Shown in pieces: positions 12,301-23,633 of a DNA stretch of 64,000 nucleotides; the first letter of the stretch is position 1, and every line of letters begins with the position of its first letter. Made by a program: the position numbers and the translations under genes. Below the pieces are notes generated by a model. It saw only the letters and a program-made list of their open reading frames with translations. It was not told where the DNA came from and did no database searches. The stretch comes from Phoronis australis. Taxonomy: Eukaryota; Animalia; Phoronida. The stretch covers positions 147,198 to 211,197 of the forward strand of contig NMRA01000293.1 in the NCBI GenBank assembly GCA_002633005.1, written 5' to 3'.

Positions 12301-15063
12301 AAAATGTGTAAACCAATAATTTTCATTACAACATACCTTAGAGTGGTATTCAGTTGTGAAAAGCAACACAGTATGGTTTTTGATTTTTAAAAATTGATGA
12401 ACGTATAAGCTAAGAATTGCAAGCATTGTTTGTGGATTGAAGAGAAATGACTGGGAGTGATATTTTAAAAATCTGATCATAATTAATGATATCACATGGT
12501 CTATTCTTTTAGTATACAACTTGACTACATTACGACAAATAAAAACAACATATAGAGACCAAATTAGATGTCAATAGCTTCTTGAGAGGCGCTCACTGCC
12601 CAGTCTTGTTGAACTATTTTATTCGAGGAGTAACATGCTACGGAAAAAATGTGATATTCATGAGAATGTGCAAAATGACAGTAATCAGCCAGCGACGAAA
12701 CACCTGTTCTGAAAACTAAGGCTAGCTTCAAAGTCGATGAGAAAATTCAAGCAATAGAAGAGGTGGGTTGGTGGATGAGAGTTGACTTCTAAGTTTTACT
12801 GACGATTAAAATCTGCCTCTGTTTTGGCACTTCAAGCTTTGACATAAAATCAAAAGATAGCAACCCTGCATGAAACAAAACAAAGTAGACTGAAGTATCA
12901 AAAATATAATGACGAAAACCGGTATGAAACATTTGGTCATTTAGGAAGTGTCCCTTTGCCAAGATGAACCCAAGTTACCATGTTTAGCTAGTTTGTAATA
13001 TTTAAACCAAAACCGTACTTTCAACGTTTCAAGCTGTAACTGTGCAAATGTCAGAGAAAACCAATTTTGGTGTAAGAAAAACAACCACTGTTGAGAAAGT
13101 AGTGCTAGCAATTATCTTTCCACTTCATTAGCTTGGATACAAAGGGCGTGCTGAATAGGCATTATCAAAGTTGTTTGAAGGCAAAGGGAATCTCAGCGGG
13201 AAAGCAAGAGATTCTCCACATGGTAGTGCATGGAACAAACGATATTGTCCAAAGTTGAGTGAAAAACTAGCATTCATTTTGTGCAGTTTGATAGTATTTC
13301 CAACCTTCGTTTTACTCTCACTGTTTTTTTTTTTTTTGAAGTCCCTCAAGGAATTTGTTCTAATATATTAATCATTAGGAATAACATTCGTGTATCCTTA
13401 CTTAATTTTCTACTTTTATGCAACCACATATTTATATGTGGTCGCATATTGCTGTCATCTCTGTCCGGGCGTCTGTCTTCCGCGGCTGTATCTCCTAAAC
13501 CCCTTGCAGGATCTTATTGAAATTTGGCAAGTGTGTTCCTATGGGGTTGATGACAGAGGGAAACGAGTTTCGGATCAACCCGAATACCACTGTGCCCCCT
13601 AGTGGCAATTTTAGTTTTTTACGTTTGCCTCTGTATCGTCAAAGGTTCTCAACCGATTTTCGTGAAATTTGGCACATTTTATCTATTGATGAGTTGACGT
13701 TATCCTCCCGTTTTCGGATGGATTCTAGGCATTTTGCGCCATCTAGTGGCCATTTTTACTGTTTTCGAGTCTTTTTTATGGCGTCCGCCCCTCTAACAAC
13801 CAAACCACTTTAAGGATGATTGTGAAAATTGGCATGTATGTTCTTAGTATGAGGAAGACAGTTGACGATGACTTTCTGACTATTGTGGCGCCTCCTAGTG
13901 GTAGTTTTGAAGTTCCTCAACGAATTTTAATGAAATTTGGTAAATGGCTTTCTTTTAAAGAAATGACAACATTTTCCGGTTTTCAGACGGATTCGATGTA
14001 TTTTGCGCCATCTAGTGGCCATTTCAATGATACAAACAAACAACCGTAAAAGCGCACCATTTGCGATGCATTCGTGGGCGCATTTCAACGCTCCATGTTG
14101 CTCTTGTTAGGTTCATGTGTTGACCTCTGCGTTTCAGGTAACCCCTTGACTCCTGTTCTACTGGCTCCCGCCGTGACCCCCTGGAACAGCACCTTGGCTG
14201 GTGCTGGTTACAACAACCCTGCTGTGCGCCTCTTCACCTACGACCGCTACACAGGGGCGCTGTCTGACTACCAGCAGTATTATCTCAATTTACCAGATGC
14301 AAATCACAAAGGAAATGCCACCTGGGTTCTTGAGTACTCTATGTCTAAAGACTATGGAGTGAAGGCTTTAACAGGATCTGCATTAAATAGCCTTGCGAAA
14401 AGTTTCACAGAGAAAGGATCGGCTAACTTCAACAAATATTACAAGTTTAACTCGGTTAGCTCAAATAATGACAGTTGCAGTGAGGACTGTAAAAAGCTGC
14501 ACCTTTGTGCTATAACTCAGGTGGATCTGAGCCTTTATGACAAGTGTGTTAATCCTTCAGCCAACAAGGAAATGAAAACTACTGATATCCACTCGAAGAC
14601 AAGTCTGAAGAGTGAGAAGAACAAAGCTGTAGATTCCCACTCAAAGGCACCAGGGAGAAAAGTTGCAAAGATTCATTCAAAAACAACCCCGAAACGTCGA
14701 AGTCAGGATAGGTACTTTACCCCAGCAATGTTGTCAGACTCTCCAGAACTTTTGTTGAGTGCTACTCATGCAATTGACAATGAAAATGTTGACTACAGCC
14801 ATGGTCACCATAAAACAGGCCACCGCCACCATCATAAGCCCCCACATCCATCTAAACACCCTCCACCTGTCAAGAAATTCATGCTCTACATAATAATTGG
14901 TCTGGCAGTGGGTGTTATCCTTCTCTTCATATTGGTTATGATTCTGTGCTGGCGACAGAGACAAATGCACTTGCGACTGAGTAACCCACGCTATATGAGA
15001 GCTCCTACGCTGACCACTAAGCTACTGAACCCAAACTCATCCCCTAATGTACAATATACATGA
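3340..15063 (+). CDS. SMPDL3: Acid sphingomyelinase-like phosphodiesterase 3 (SMPDL3A/B family, calcineurin-like metallophosphoesterase) with C-terminal TM helix; first (signal peptide) exon not located
   Basis: Phase-consistent GT-AG exons 3340-3559, 6763-7010, 7660-7823, 12048-12228 and 14138-15063. Metal-ligand motifs are intact: TDFHYD, FILWTGD, GNHD, GHVPPG, GHEH. Family motifs GDYKCDAPW, DPGDQFAWL, APAVTPW, NNPAVRLFTYD and HLCAI are present. Confidence 0.93.
4312..6021 (+). mobile_element. Non-autonomous Helentron-associated element (HINE/DINE-1-like) with internal tandem units of about 140-150 bp, in an SMPDL3 intron
   Basis: Shares its 5' block (tatgtgggcgcat...gtcatctct...ggctgtatctcctaaa...gaaattt) and its 3' end (ggcgcatttcaa...gttgctcttgtt) with the element at 13414-14108. 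Internal units repeat gaaatt(t/c)g and ccctagtggc. The superfamily assignment is inferred from structure. Confidence 0.7.
5818..5943. repeat. Three tandem 42-bp copies inside the HINE-like element
   Basis: Unit tgggctcgacgctttctgcaccatctaatggccatttttggg is repeated 3 times with about 1 mismatch. Confidence 0.95.
10060..10590. repeat. 42-bp minisatellite: about 9 near-perfect copies plus degenerate 5' copies
   Basis: Unit gccagtttatatgttcgtgaattggtgcttagagttgtatgt runs from about 10205 to 10585. It explains the 14-aa periodic ORFs 10135..10518 and 10217..10609. Confidence 0.95.
10610..11640. mobile_element. TTAA-flanked non-autonomous DNA transposon (Kolobok-like MITE)
   Basis: TTAA at 10606-10609 and 11641-11644. 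Imperfect TIR: ggtggacgtagttagaaa versus the reverse complement of the right end, ggtggacagagttgcagaaa. Purine-purine starts fit Kolobok better than piggyBac. Confidence 0.6.
13414..14108 (+). mobile_element. Non-autonomous Helentron-associated element (HINE-like), shorter and better-preserved copy
   Basis: 5' stem-loop atgcaaccacata-ttta-tatgtggtcgcat, a GTCY-like patch (ctgtccgggcgtctgtc), two internal dimers of about 280 bp, a 3' subterminal IR gtgggcgcat, a short hairpin caac...gttg and the terminus ctcttgtt. It begins in a T-run. Confidence 0.75.
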
Positions 15064-16953
15064 GATTAACGTTTTCACATATCGCTTTGTTATATATGCT
15101 CAAAATGTTTTTGTTTGTGCATTCCCATAACATATGTTGCAGTTTTGATTTTTTGTCCCGTTTTTTTTTTGTTTTTTTTTTTTGATTTTAATGAATAGAA
15201 TTGAAAATGGCTTGACTAGTAAAAGTACTATTTTAAAGAGTGATGTTGCTATGGCGCTGGTAATAAAAAGCAATTTTTAATTTCTTTTCTTTTCCAGAAG
15301 CTAAAGTCATTTAGTCTGGTAGTCAAACAATGTGCAGACCGGAAAGTCCACATTTTTGTAAATTCCTGTGTCAGTTTACCAACTGTAGTTTTGTTCTTTG
15401 GGTAGGATGCATAAAATTAATCCCGAAGTAAGAATTTCACGTGTACAATAAGTGCGATCACATGGTTTGCCTGTAATTCATGGCAATATCTTGCGTGGTC
15501 ATGCCTATTTGTAAACTATGTGGGTCTACAAATGCAGGCCTGGTGTGATAAGTGTATGACTACCGGTAAACTGAATTAGAATGAAAGGAAGAACAAGTTT
15601 TTTCCTCAGTGGTCTCAACCAAAAATTTTTTTTGGCTCAAGGCAGGTTTATAGCTGTTTTAACTGATTTTTGGTGAATACAGTTTTCAGAGATCCGTTAT
15701 TCCTTAGATAACAATATTGTCAACTGAGTTCTAATGCAATGTTGAGGTTAGCCTGTCGCAAACATTCTTTAATAATGGTTCCCCAGGTTCTGATTCGTAG
15801 ACTCCAAAGAACTGAAAATTCAGTATCATGCAAGACTTAGAGAGCTATGGTCATGCATTACAAAGGATTAATTCATTAATCACCCTAGCTTTCCATGGAG
15901 TGTTTTACTAGGTGTACAGAACATAGCCTAGGTACTTCATTGAGCCATGTTGATGGCTTGCCTAGTTTTGATGAAAATATGACATTGACAATCACTTGAA
16001 TCTGCCGTTATACTAATGGTCATTACTGGTATGATGGCTCCATTATTGTTATTACTAGTATAGTGGCTTGTGCTCTTATTGCAGCCATTTTAGTGATTTG
16101 ACTTTGTTGAATTTCTTCAGTTACATCTTTTGCAAACATTTCTATATTAGGAATCTGTGCATTCGTAGAGTAGAGGGCCAAGAAAGCTGTATGCCACCAT
16201 CTTAAAAGCTTTACTCTTAGGCTCCAATCCGTGGTGTGCCCAAGGCTGATCTGTTGTTAGAGTTGCAGAGACTTCATGAAGCATGATTTTATGTGGTCAT
16301 TAATAGTGGTAAACATTGAAATGGGGCCTATTTTACAAAAGATTCAAACTTTTTTTTCTGCTAAAATGAACTGCTGTTGCTTCAATTTTTCTATTCAGCG
16401 AACTGTTAATTGAAATCACAACCATTTTATATGGCATCCGAAAGGCATGCTGGTTACGTTTCCACTTCATCATGTTCGGGATCTTCACAAACATGTTTTT
16501 TATACTGTGCAAACGAGACTGCCTTCAGTAGAAGGCTTTGAGGGCAATACTCTTTGACAAAATGTCTTGATATAAAAAGAGTTTGTAAAGGTTAGCATTT
16601 GTTCCATTGCTGTGATATTTATTAAAGTGAAAATACTATTTTGACCTGTACTCAGTTTGGTGTCTCATTATTTGCAGGGCTGCATTGTCAGAAATGGGAC
16701 TGTCGGGCAGTAATTTGCAGTTTCACAATACCCTTAAAATTGAAGCGACACCTATTGATTCTTTTTTCATTGGTAGTTGAGTGCTGATGCCGATCAGTGA
16801 CGTTTGTACGATTAACCGTGGACGCTATGTAACAGAATTCAAACCCCATTGTTTTAATAGTAGAAACTGAAGTCTACCCTTAGGAACGACATTAAAACTC
16901 GGCATTCTGAAATAAACTATGCTTGTTATGTGAATTCATTGCATTTTTATTAC

Positions 16954-16959
16954 AATAAA
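16954..16959 (+). terminator. Candidate polyadenylation signal of SMPDL3
   Basis: AATAAA about 1.9 kb after the stop codon, following a T-rich UTR-like region. An alternative ATTAAA lies at 16621. Confidence 0.35.
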
Positions 16960-19900
16960 GCATTTTCCCAAATACTTCGTGGTAACGTAAGTACTGGAGT
17001 ACTGCCCACCGGGTCAAGCTTTTTTTGTTACCGTTTCTTCAATCAAACAATAGATGGTGCTGAAACTCCGACCAATAAACTATTGGTCTGAGAAAGTGGT
17101 TTTGAAAAATTCGGCGTGCAATGATCAATTTACATGCGCGCACTCAGCCTAAGATATAGGGGTCTCGAATTCTTAAGAATGTGGACCTTTTACTAACAAA
17201 AAACGAGGGACTTAAAAAATGGGATACCACGTTCACAGCTATGAATTGTGCTTTCGCGCCTTTTTAGTGGACATTTGTCTCGTTTTCTCGGACTTTTTGT
17301 TCCTCTGAGGTGGACCTTTTTGCCCACTTCGCCAAATGGGGGGCTTGTTCGCCTTGCGTGTTGTCAGAGTGGAAGTCCTGAATTAGTAGCCGGTGTCGGG
17401 ATTCAGAAATCTCAGTACACCGATAGCCCGCTTGAAAGACATGTCGTTCAGGGAAACAGCTTCATTAAATGCGGAGATGCGCCTGGTTAATTACCGTAAT
17501 AAATAATACAGTTATACGTTGGTTACTCGACTACAGGTTTTCAATTGTCAGCTTGGGCATTTCTTCCGAGCAAGTGATTTTGATAGGGAAGAAAAAATTT
17601 GAGTCAGTTGTCTGAAAACGTCAGTACCATTTCTATCGAAATCCAGTCCGTGGCGATTTACTTTCAAGTTAGAATCTTGATCGTGGTAAAGGACTGTAAC
17701 TGATCGTTGGAAGGTGCTGCTTACCATAACACAGTTATTTGTCAATGTGACACCGGCTCCAGAGAAGCGCGACCGTGGTGACCTCATGAGTGACTGCAAG
17801 GCGTACGTGTCGATGCGGAATATACGCACGATCGAGCTGACTAGAAACTGGGTCTTCATTTTTTTGTTTCTATAAAATTCCTATGGACACGTTCATTTAC
17901 TTACTGATCTGAGATATGACCGAGGTGTATCCCCGCTGAATGCCATACCGTCAGTCCGCGTTGGGGAAACCCTGGCGCAACTGCCAGTCGTTTTCTTTTT
18001 CGTCATGTTCTACAGGGAGTGAAACCTCCCATGGAAAAACTGTCTTTGATACAGTCCTATCAATGTGTCGGTGGTATAATTCACTATAAGTCGCGGCAGC
18101 TCTAAATTCAATTATTTTCGAGACGAGAGTTGTCAGAGAATGAAAACTAGCTTGAAGGTAAATGTCACGATTTCAAAAGGATGAACCACGCTCATTCTAC
18201 AGTCAAATGTTCGCCAGTTTCCGAACGACGTTTGTGTAGATCACTCGTGTCAGTCTTAGAAACGAGACTGTTTCGCGTATCAGCCTATCAAAAGCGACAA
18301 TTAAAAAACAAAACAATGAGAAAATGTTGATAGAAGATTATTGGCCGCGCAGTCGACTGTCAGTATGTTATGAAAGGCCACAGCGGAGGTATGCTTAGGT
18401 CTGCAATGTTTTATGCTCGCGAAAAATATGTCTTTGAACGGAAAAGACCAGGGTCGGATTTCAGTCTCGCGGTAATTTGGCTAGACAAGTTTGTATTATG
18501 TTCTACACGATCGTGTAGAACGATTGTCTAACGCCACTCAGATTACGAAATCGAAATGTAACTCCGTGCCAATAAGAGTTATTGCTAGAACTAGGATCAA
18601 GAGATATCTCTTCCTGCTAGAACCCAAGAGCTCACATGAACAGTAAATAGCTGTTATATAGAACCATGTCGATGAAACGCGGCTGACAGGTTCAGTTACA
18701 GCGGCAAAAATCTGGAAAATGAACCGAATTTGTGAGCTGTGGTCTCATAACAATTACTTTTGCGGGGTGCTTGGCAATGACGAAAAAATAGGTGACTTTT
18801 GAGAGTTCTGGCTCCGTCAGGAACGGGATGACCTTTCGATTGACTTTTCGTTCTCTTGCTTGTGTTCACTAGCTGTTAATTATTTGTATGTTGAAGCACT
18901 TCCACTGAGCGAGCATCTAAAACGTTGGTCTTCTATACGTCAAACTGAAGGCTGTTAATTGACAAAAGCAATTCCATCCTAATGTGTAAACTTAATAGAA
19001 AATGGTGCTTTTGGAAAACCTTCGAGTGGAGTTATTGAATTTAAATTTAAACGGGGACCTTTTCGCCAGTCCCGATTGGATATTAAGTAGTTGGCGCACT
19101 TTCTGTTTACTAAGGGGCCAAAAACATTCCTTATCGACTTCAACTGTTTTTGGCCATTAACCAGCAGTGTGAAACGCCCCACAAAAAGCAACTTTTTGAA
19201 AGGCAACAAAATTCACTGTACCGGTAACTCATCGGGTAGTCTTTCTGGAACTTCTTAGCGGAGGTATTTCTAATTCTTTCTGTGTGCATCTAAATATTTT
19301 CAAACCGGAGTAAGATTACTCAATCAACCTTTCTGTTTCGATTTTAATCTTTACTACTTTCAGGCCTGTTCTCGGGCTCTAGCGCACCACTTTACACTTC
19401 ATTCATTCGCAAGCAAGCTGTTTCAAATTGGTGTCTCTTGGCATGATCTCAATATACATGTACTATTCAAGAGAATTTGTGAGCAGTCTCCAACTTTTAG
19501 GCTTATAGCAATGCATGTGCCAATTACTACAATGCTGCTCTAACGTCAATACTCCCTACTGTTATCTTTTGTTATGCTACATTCAGTATTTAATATTAAA
19601 AACACTAATGCCCCTTTCATACTGGAGTGATTAAACCCAGCTACACTATATATAATTTTGTACTACACACAGCACTAACAATGGAGGATTTCAACAAACA
19701 GTCTGTATACGGAATTCAATTAGTTTTAAAATGTTAGTGAGATATTGATTACAGAACTGAGATTCTCATTTATTTTCTACAGCTATGTGTAGGTCGCTTT
19801 TAAACTATCCTTCGTCGCTATAGATTCGGTGGAGAACTTTCGCACAGTAGTCCTGTTATGCGACTATAAGCGTTCCGGCCGTAGCCAGGCAATGTCGCAA

Positions 19901-20264
19901 TCTCATGTGGAGGTTGCTGTGAAAATTGTTTTCAAAGGTAAGATAAAGCGTCACGGTTAATCGAACTAGTGGCGATTAACTGATAAATTTGTTTATTTTC
20001 AATAGTTAATCTCGAGTCTTTCGGTAAACCTCATGTCGAGAAGAATAGGCGACCTTTGAAAGATTGGTTTTCAGGTGTCACTGCGGGTTGAAATACGGTG
20101 CTTGCAAACTTGTCCGGTCGGCTAATGAGTAAATGAATCGAAGTGAGATTTCGAAACTTATACCGCTGATCGTGGAAATCGCACGTTTTTGGACAGAATA
20201 ATTTCTTAAATGTCAAAACTGAAAACAGGGAAAACTCTTGTGATAATTTCGACAAACCGACCTT

Positions 20265-20278
20265 GGTGCTATGGCAAC
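20265..20278 (+). promoter_or_regulatory. RFX X-box-like motif, candidate promoter element of the LRR gene
   Basis: ggtgctatggcaac matches 13/14 positions of GTTGCYATGGCAAC. A strong donor cag|gtgagc follows at 20425/20426, and an acceptor tcttcttttta-cag ends at 22683, just before the LRR ATG. Confidence 0.4.
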
Positions 20279-22730
20279 CAGGCGACAGAGCGTGACGATT
20301 ATTAAAATGCAACAGTCCGCACTGACAATCTCATGGGCTCAAAGATAGACCCAGTGAAGCATTATCAATGCTACAACAGGTAATACATTCAAATTGCGTG
20401 AAATTGCTGGACTGTAATAATACAGGTGAGCGAAGGGGTGTATTCATGCACGCTTGCGCTATGACAATAGACCATTTTCACCACAGTCTAGTAACTATCT
20501 ACACGTGAATTCTTGTTGGTGAGGTACTACATATATATGCGTGACTTGTTTCAGAGCGGACACCGTCGCATGGTGACCAGGATATGTTTTAAGGTTCTAA
20601 TCTTTTAGGTAAACCCCCAATGGCGACTGTAAACACAACGGCTGTAGTGGAGAGTTGACGGGACGAAATGTATGAACTGTTATCAGGTAAGATAACGTTT
20701 TCACATCTAGTTCTCGCTTGTGCGTGGAGTCTGAGGGTTGTCAGTCGGACTGGATTGACAGACTGTCATCGAAAACCCGAGAGTTGTCGCAAGAACACCA
20801 TTCAGCAGATTTGTTTCGTTGATTTCGTGACAAGATGTTATGCACTTGACAGCTGACGTCGTGTTTTAGTGCCCAGGAAATACGCTGTAAGTAACCAAAA
20901 CATGAATCCGAGAAAACTCTATGAACTGTAACGTCAGCCGATCGAGGACCAGATTCTGAATATCAAAACAACAAGAATGATCAGTTGTTTGTTCATATGA
21001 ACTACAATAATTCTATTGCCTCAAGGGGGTGTATTTGAATGAAGAATATGAATACGCGTATTAATAAACTTGAGATTAGTTATTTTTCTGGTAAAGCGAT
21101 CAGGTCTCTCAAGATTGGAAAGCCACCGAAAAATAAAGTGAGGGGCATAGTTTATGTCGTCGGCCAATAACAAAATGCCCCCGAGCTTGTCCAACACGAG
21201 ACGACACAAAATGTAAGTTAGCGTAAGCTATCACAATTTTCTAGTTAATTTTGTTGTTGCTTCGCGATAATTTGAAGATATTTTTAATGCAATGCCGTTA
21301 ACAAATATTTTTGGAGTAATTTAAATGGAAACGAGTCGTTTTTCAACACTGTGGGGGTTATTTTATCTACAATAGACTAACAAATGGAATATAACAATGA
21401 TAAACATATGACAGTAACTTTTAATTTCTGTTCATTTCTGGCATCTTCTGAATTATTCAAGCAGCATTAAATGTCAGAATAAATAATAAACTCTGGGATG
21501 AAAGGATCGGTCTTGCGGGTCGGTATTCGTTAAATGTCATCCATTTAAACTAGGAAAATGCCAATAAATGACAAAATAACGTACAACCAAACTATTGAAA
21601 AGCTGACTTGAAAATGATTGTTTTGAGGAAAGCAGAAAAGGAGGAATTAACTTACCCGAAAAGGTCATTTGTTGCTACACGTATGTGGAACCCCAAACAT
21701 TTCGATAATTGACTGATCTAGCGTCTAATCTTCACTGCACGAATAGTTTCTATTTCAAGAACTGATATTTTTAACTAATTTGCGCATTGACGTGCTTTGC
21801 GTTGATCCTAATATGCATTTTCGATACTGATGTAGAACTTGTGTATCGTGCTAACGGGTTCTGGGGACGCCCTGTGTTCACATCGGGTTCAAGTAACACC
21901 TTTCTCGGGCATTGATCGTCATATAATTTACCATTGGCTCACTTTGTCTAGTAGGCTTTGCAGTGAGCAAGAAAACTATCATATTATCCCACTAATAGTA
22001 TGTATATTGAACACACAGGCGAAGAGCACTCGTCTTACGGGAGATAGAGTTTACTTTGCTATTGACAGTAGACAGTGTTTCAGGCGCTCCGATCTACGGC
22101 TGGGATTGGTTTCTATTTAAACAACGAGTCCAGAGTACATTAACTCCCTTCATTGATGTCTAAATTTATCAATAGGCTGTAGTATTTTCAGCCTCATTTG
22201 TCTGAAGAATGGAAGTGCTGTTGTGTCATTCAACAAAATTGAAAACATCGGAAATGACACTCTTAGGCCTACAGGCATATTGGTCGTCTGAACCAGTTGT
22301 ACACTCCAACCAATCTTTCTAACGTTGAGTTGTATACCCACACGACTGTGTATTAGATGGAAATCGCTCAACAACGGACGTGCATACATTAAAATTCAAT
22401 CATCAATAATCGATTATGACTTCTACGTCGAGTAGTCGCGATGTCAGTAAAAAGCAAATAAAAATTTTGATTATTATGGGAATCAACCACACTGCCATGA
22501 TTAATCGCTTCAGCTCCATGGTAGTGATGAGTACACAGTGTTTCAGTTCGCTGCATGAGGAGACCTGCACTTGCTCTAGTACTGTAGATGGTAGCACACA
22601 GCTATAGGTAAAGTGTTGGAGTATAGAAAGTGTAAGGAAAAAGTGTTCCGCAACCATATTCTTAATCTGTCTTCTTTTTACAGGTTTACCACAACTGAAT
22701 CTTGTGATAGTCAGTTCTCTCAACTAGAAA

Positions 22731-23633
22731 ATGGCCGTCAGATTAAAAAGTAAACAAAGAATTCGAGTGATAGAAGACCCGAACTATCCCGGCATGCGAA
22801 AGTTAAAGCTGACCGGTAAAGAACTAATGAACATGCCGGATTACGTCTTCACGCTTATCGATTTGGATGTATTAGACCTTAGTCCCGAACGAGAATCGTG
22901 CCTCTTTTTTAAACTGTACGAAATTCCACCGAAAATAGGGCGTTTGGCGAACTTGAGGATTCTCATGGTGGATACCAATGAACTCATCGAGATTCCGCCA
23001 GAGTTGTGTTTACTTAACAAGCTGGAGAGATTGTCCTTGAGTAATAATAACTTGTCGTCATTGCCGCAAGAGTTTTCGCAACTTCAGGGATTAAAGAGTT
23101 TACACGTAGCCAACAATAAATTTGACCATTTTCCACGACAAGTTTGCGATTTGTCGAACTTACAGTTTTTAGACTTTAGTGACAACATGTTAGCTCAACT
23201 TCCGACAGAAATTTCCTCGATGGAGAACCTCGAATCGTTTTATCTAGTGTATAACCAACTTGAAACCTTACCGGACTCGCTTTGCAAGATGGTGAAGCTT
23301 AGAAGTTTGTGGCTGGGCGGTAATAAACTAAGGACTCTTCCGCGAGAGTTTGGGAAATTATTGAATTTAGATTGGGAATACAACACGACTTCAGCGTGCC
23401 TAGATGGCAACCCTTTGCAAAGTCCTCCGCTTGAAGTCTGTAAACGCGGACCGTCAGAGATTTCACGCTATTTTGCGGCAGCTCAACGTTCTCCGAGGAA
23501 CATGCAGCCAGCTAAGGCGTTCAAATCACCACGGGAAAATGGAAGCGTTGGTGAGGATAGGGAATCGTCACTTGGTGAAGATACGGTCGGCGGCTCGGCA
23601 AAATCTCTGGAGGCGACTTCCAGACAATCGTGA
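22731..23633 (+). CDS. Intracellular leucine-rich-repeat protein, 300 aa, single coding exon
   Basis: Uninterrupted ORF with about 7-8 repeats of LxxLxLxxNxLxxLP at 23-aa spacing and a C-cap LDGNPLQSPPLEVCKRGPSEISRYF. The start context is aaaATGG. No signal peptide or TM segment. AATAAA occurs near 24828. Confidence 0.9.
   Translation: MAVRLKSKQRIRVIEDPNYPGMRKLKLTGKELMNMPDYVFTLIDLDVLDLSPERESCLFFKLYEIPPKIGRLANLRILMVDTNELIEIPPELCLLNKLERLSLSNNNLSSLPQEFSQLQGLKSLHVANNKFDHFPRQVCDLSNLQFLDFSDNMLAQLPTEISSMENLESFYLVYNQLETLPDSLCKMVKLRSLWLGGNKLRTLPREFGKLLNLDWEYNTTSACLDGNPLQSPPLEVCKRGPSEISRYFAAAQRSPRNMQPAKAFKSPRENGSVGEDRESSLGEDTVGGSAKSLEATSRQS

Noticed and set aside
12581-13350. Possible Kolobok-like element (cttgagaggc...gtccctcaag)
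   Set aside because: The TIR match is too weak and there is no intact TTAA TSD.
17548-17859. 103-aa minus-strand ORF
   Set aside because: No recognisable motif or partner exons; the length is compatible with chance.
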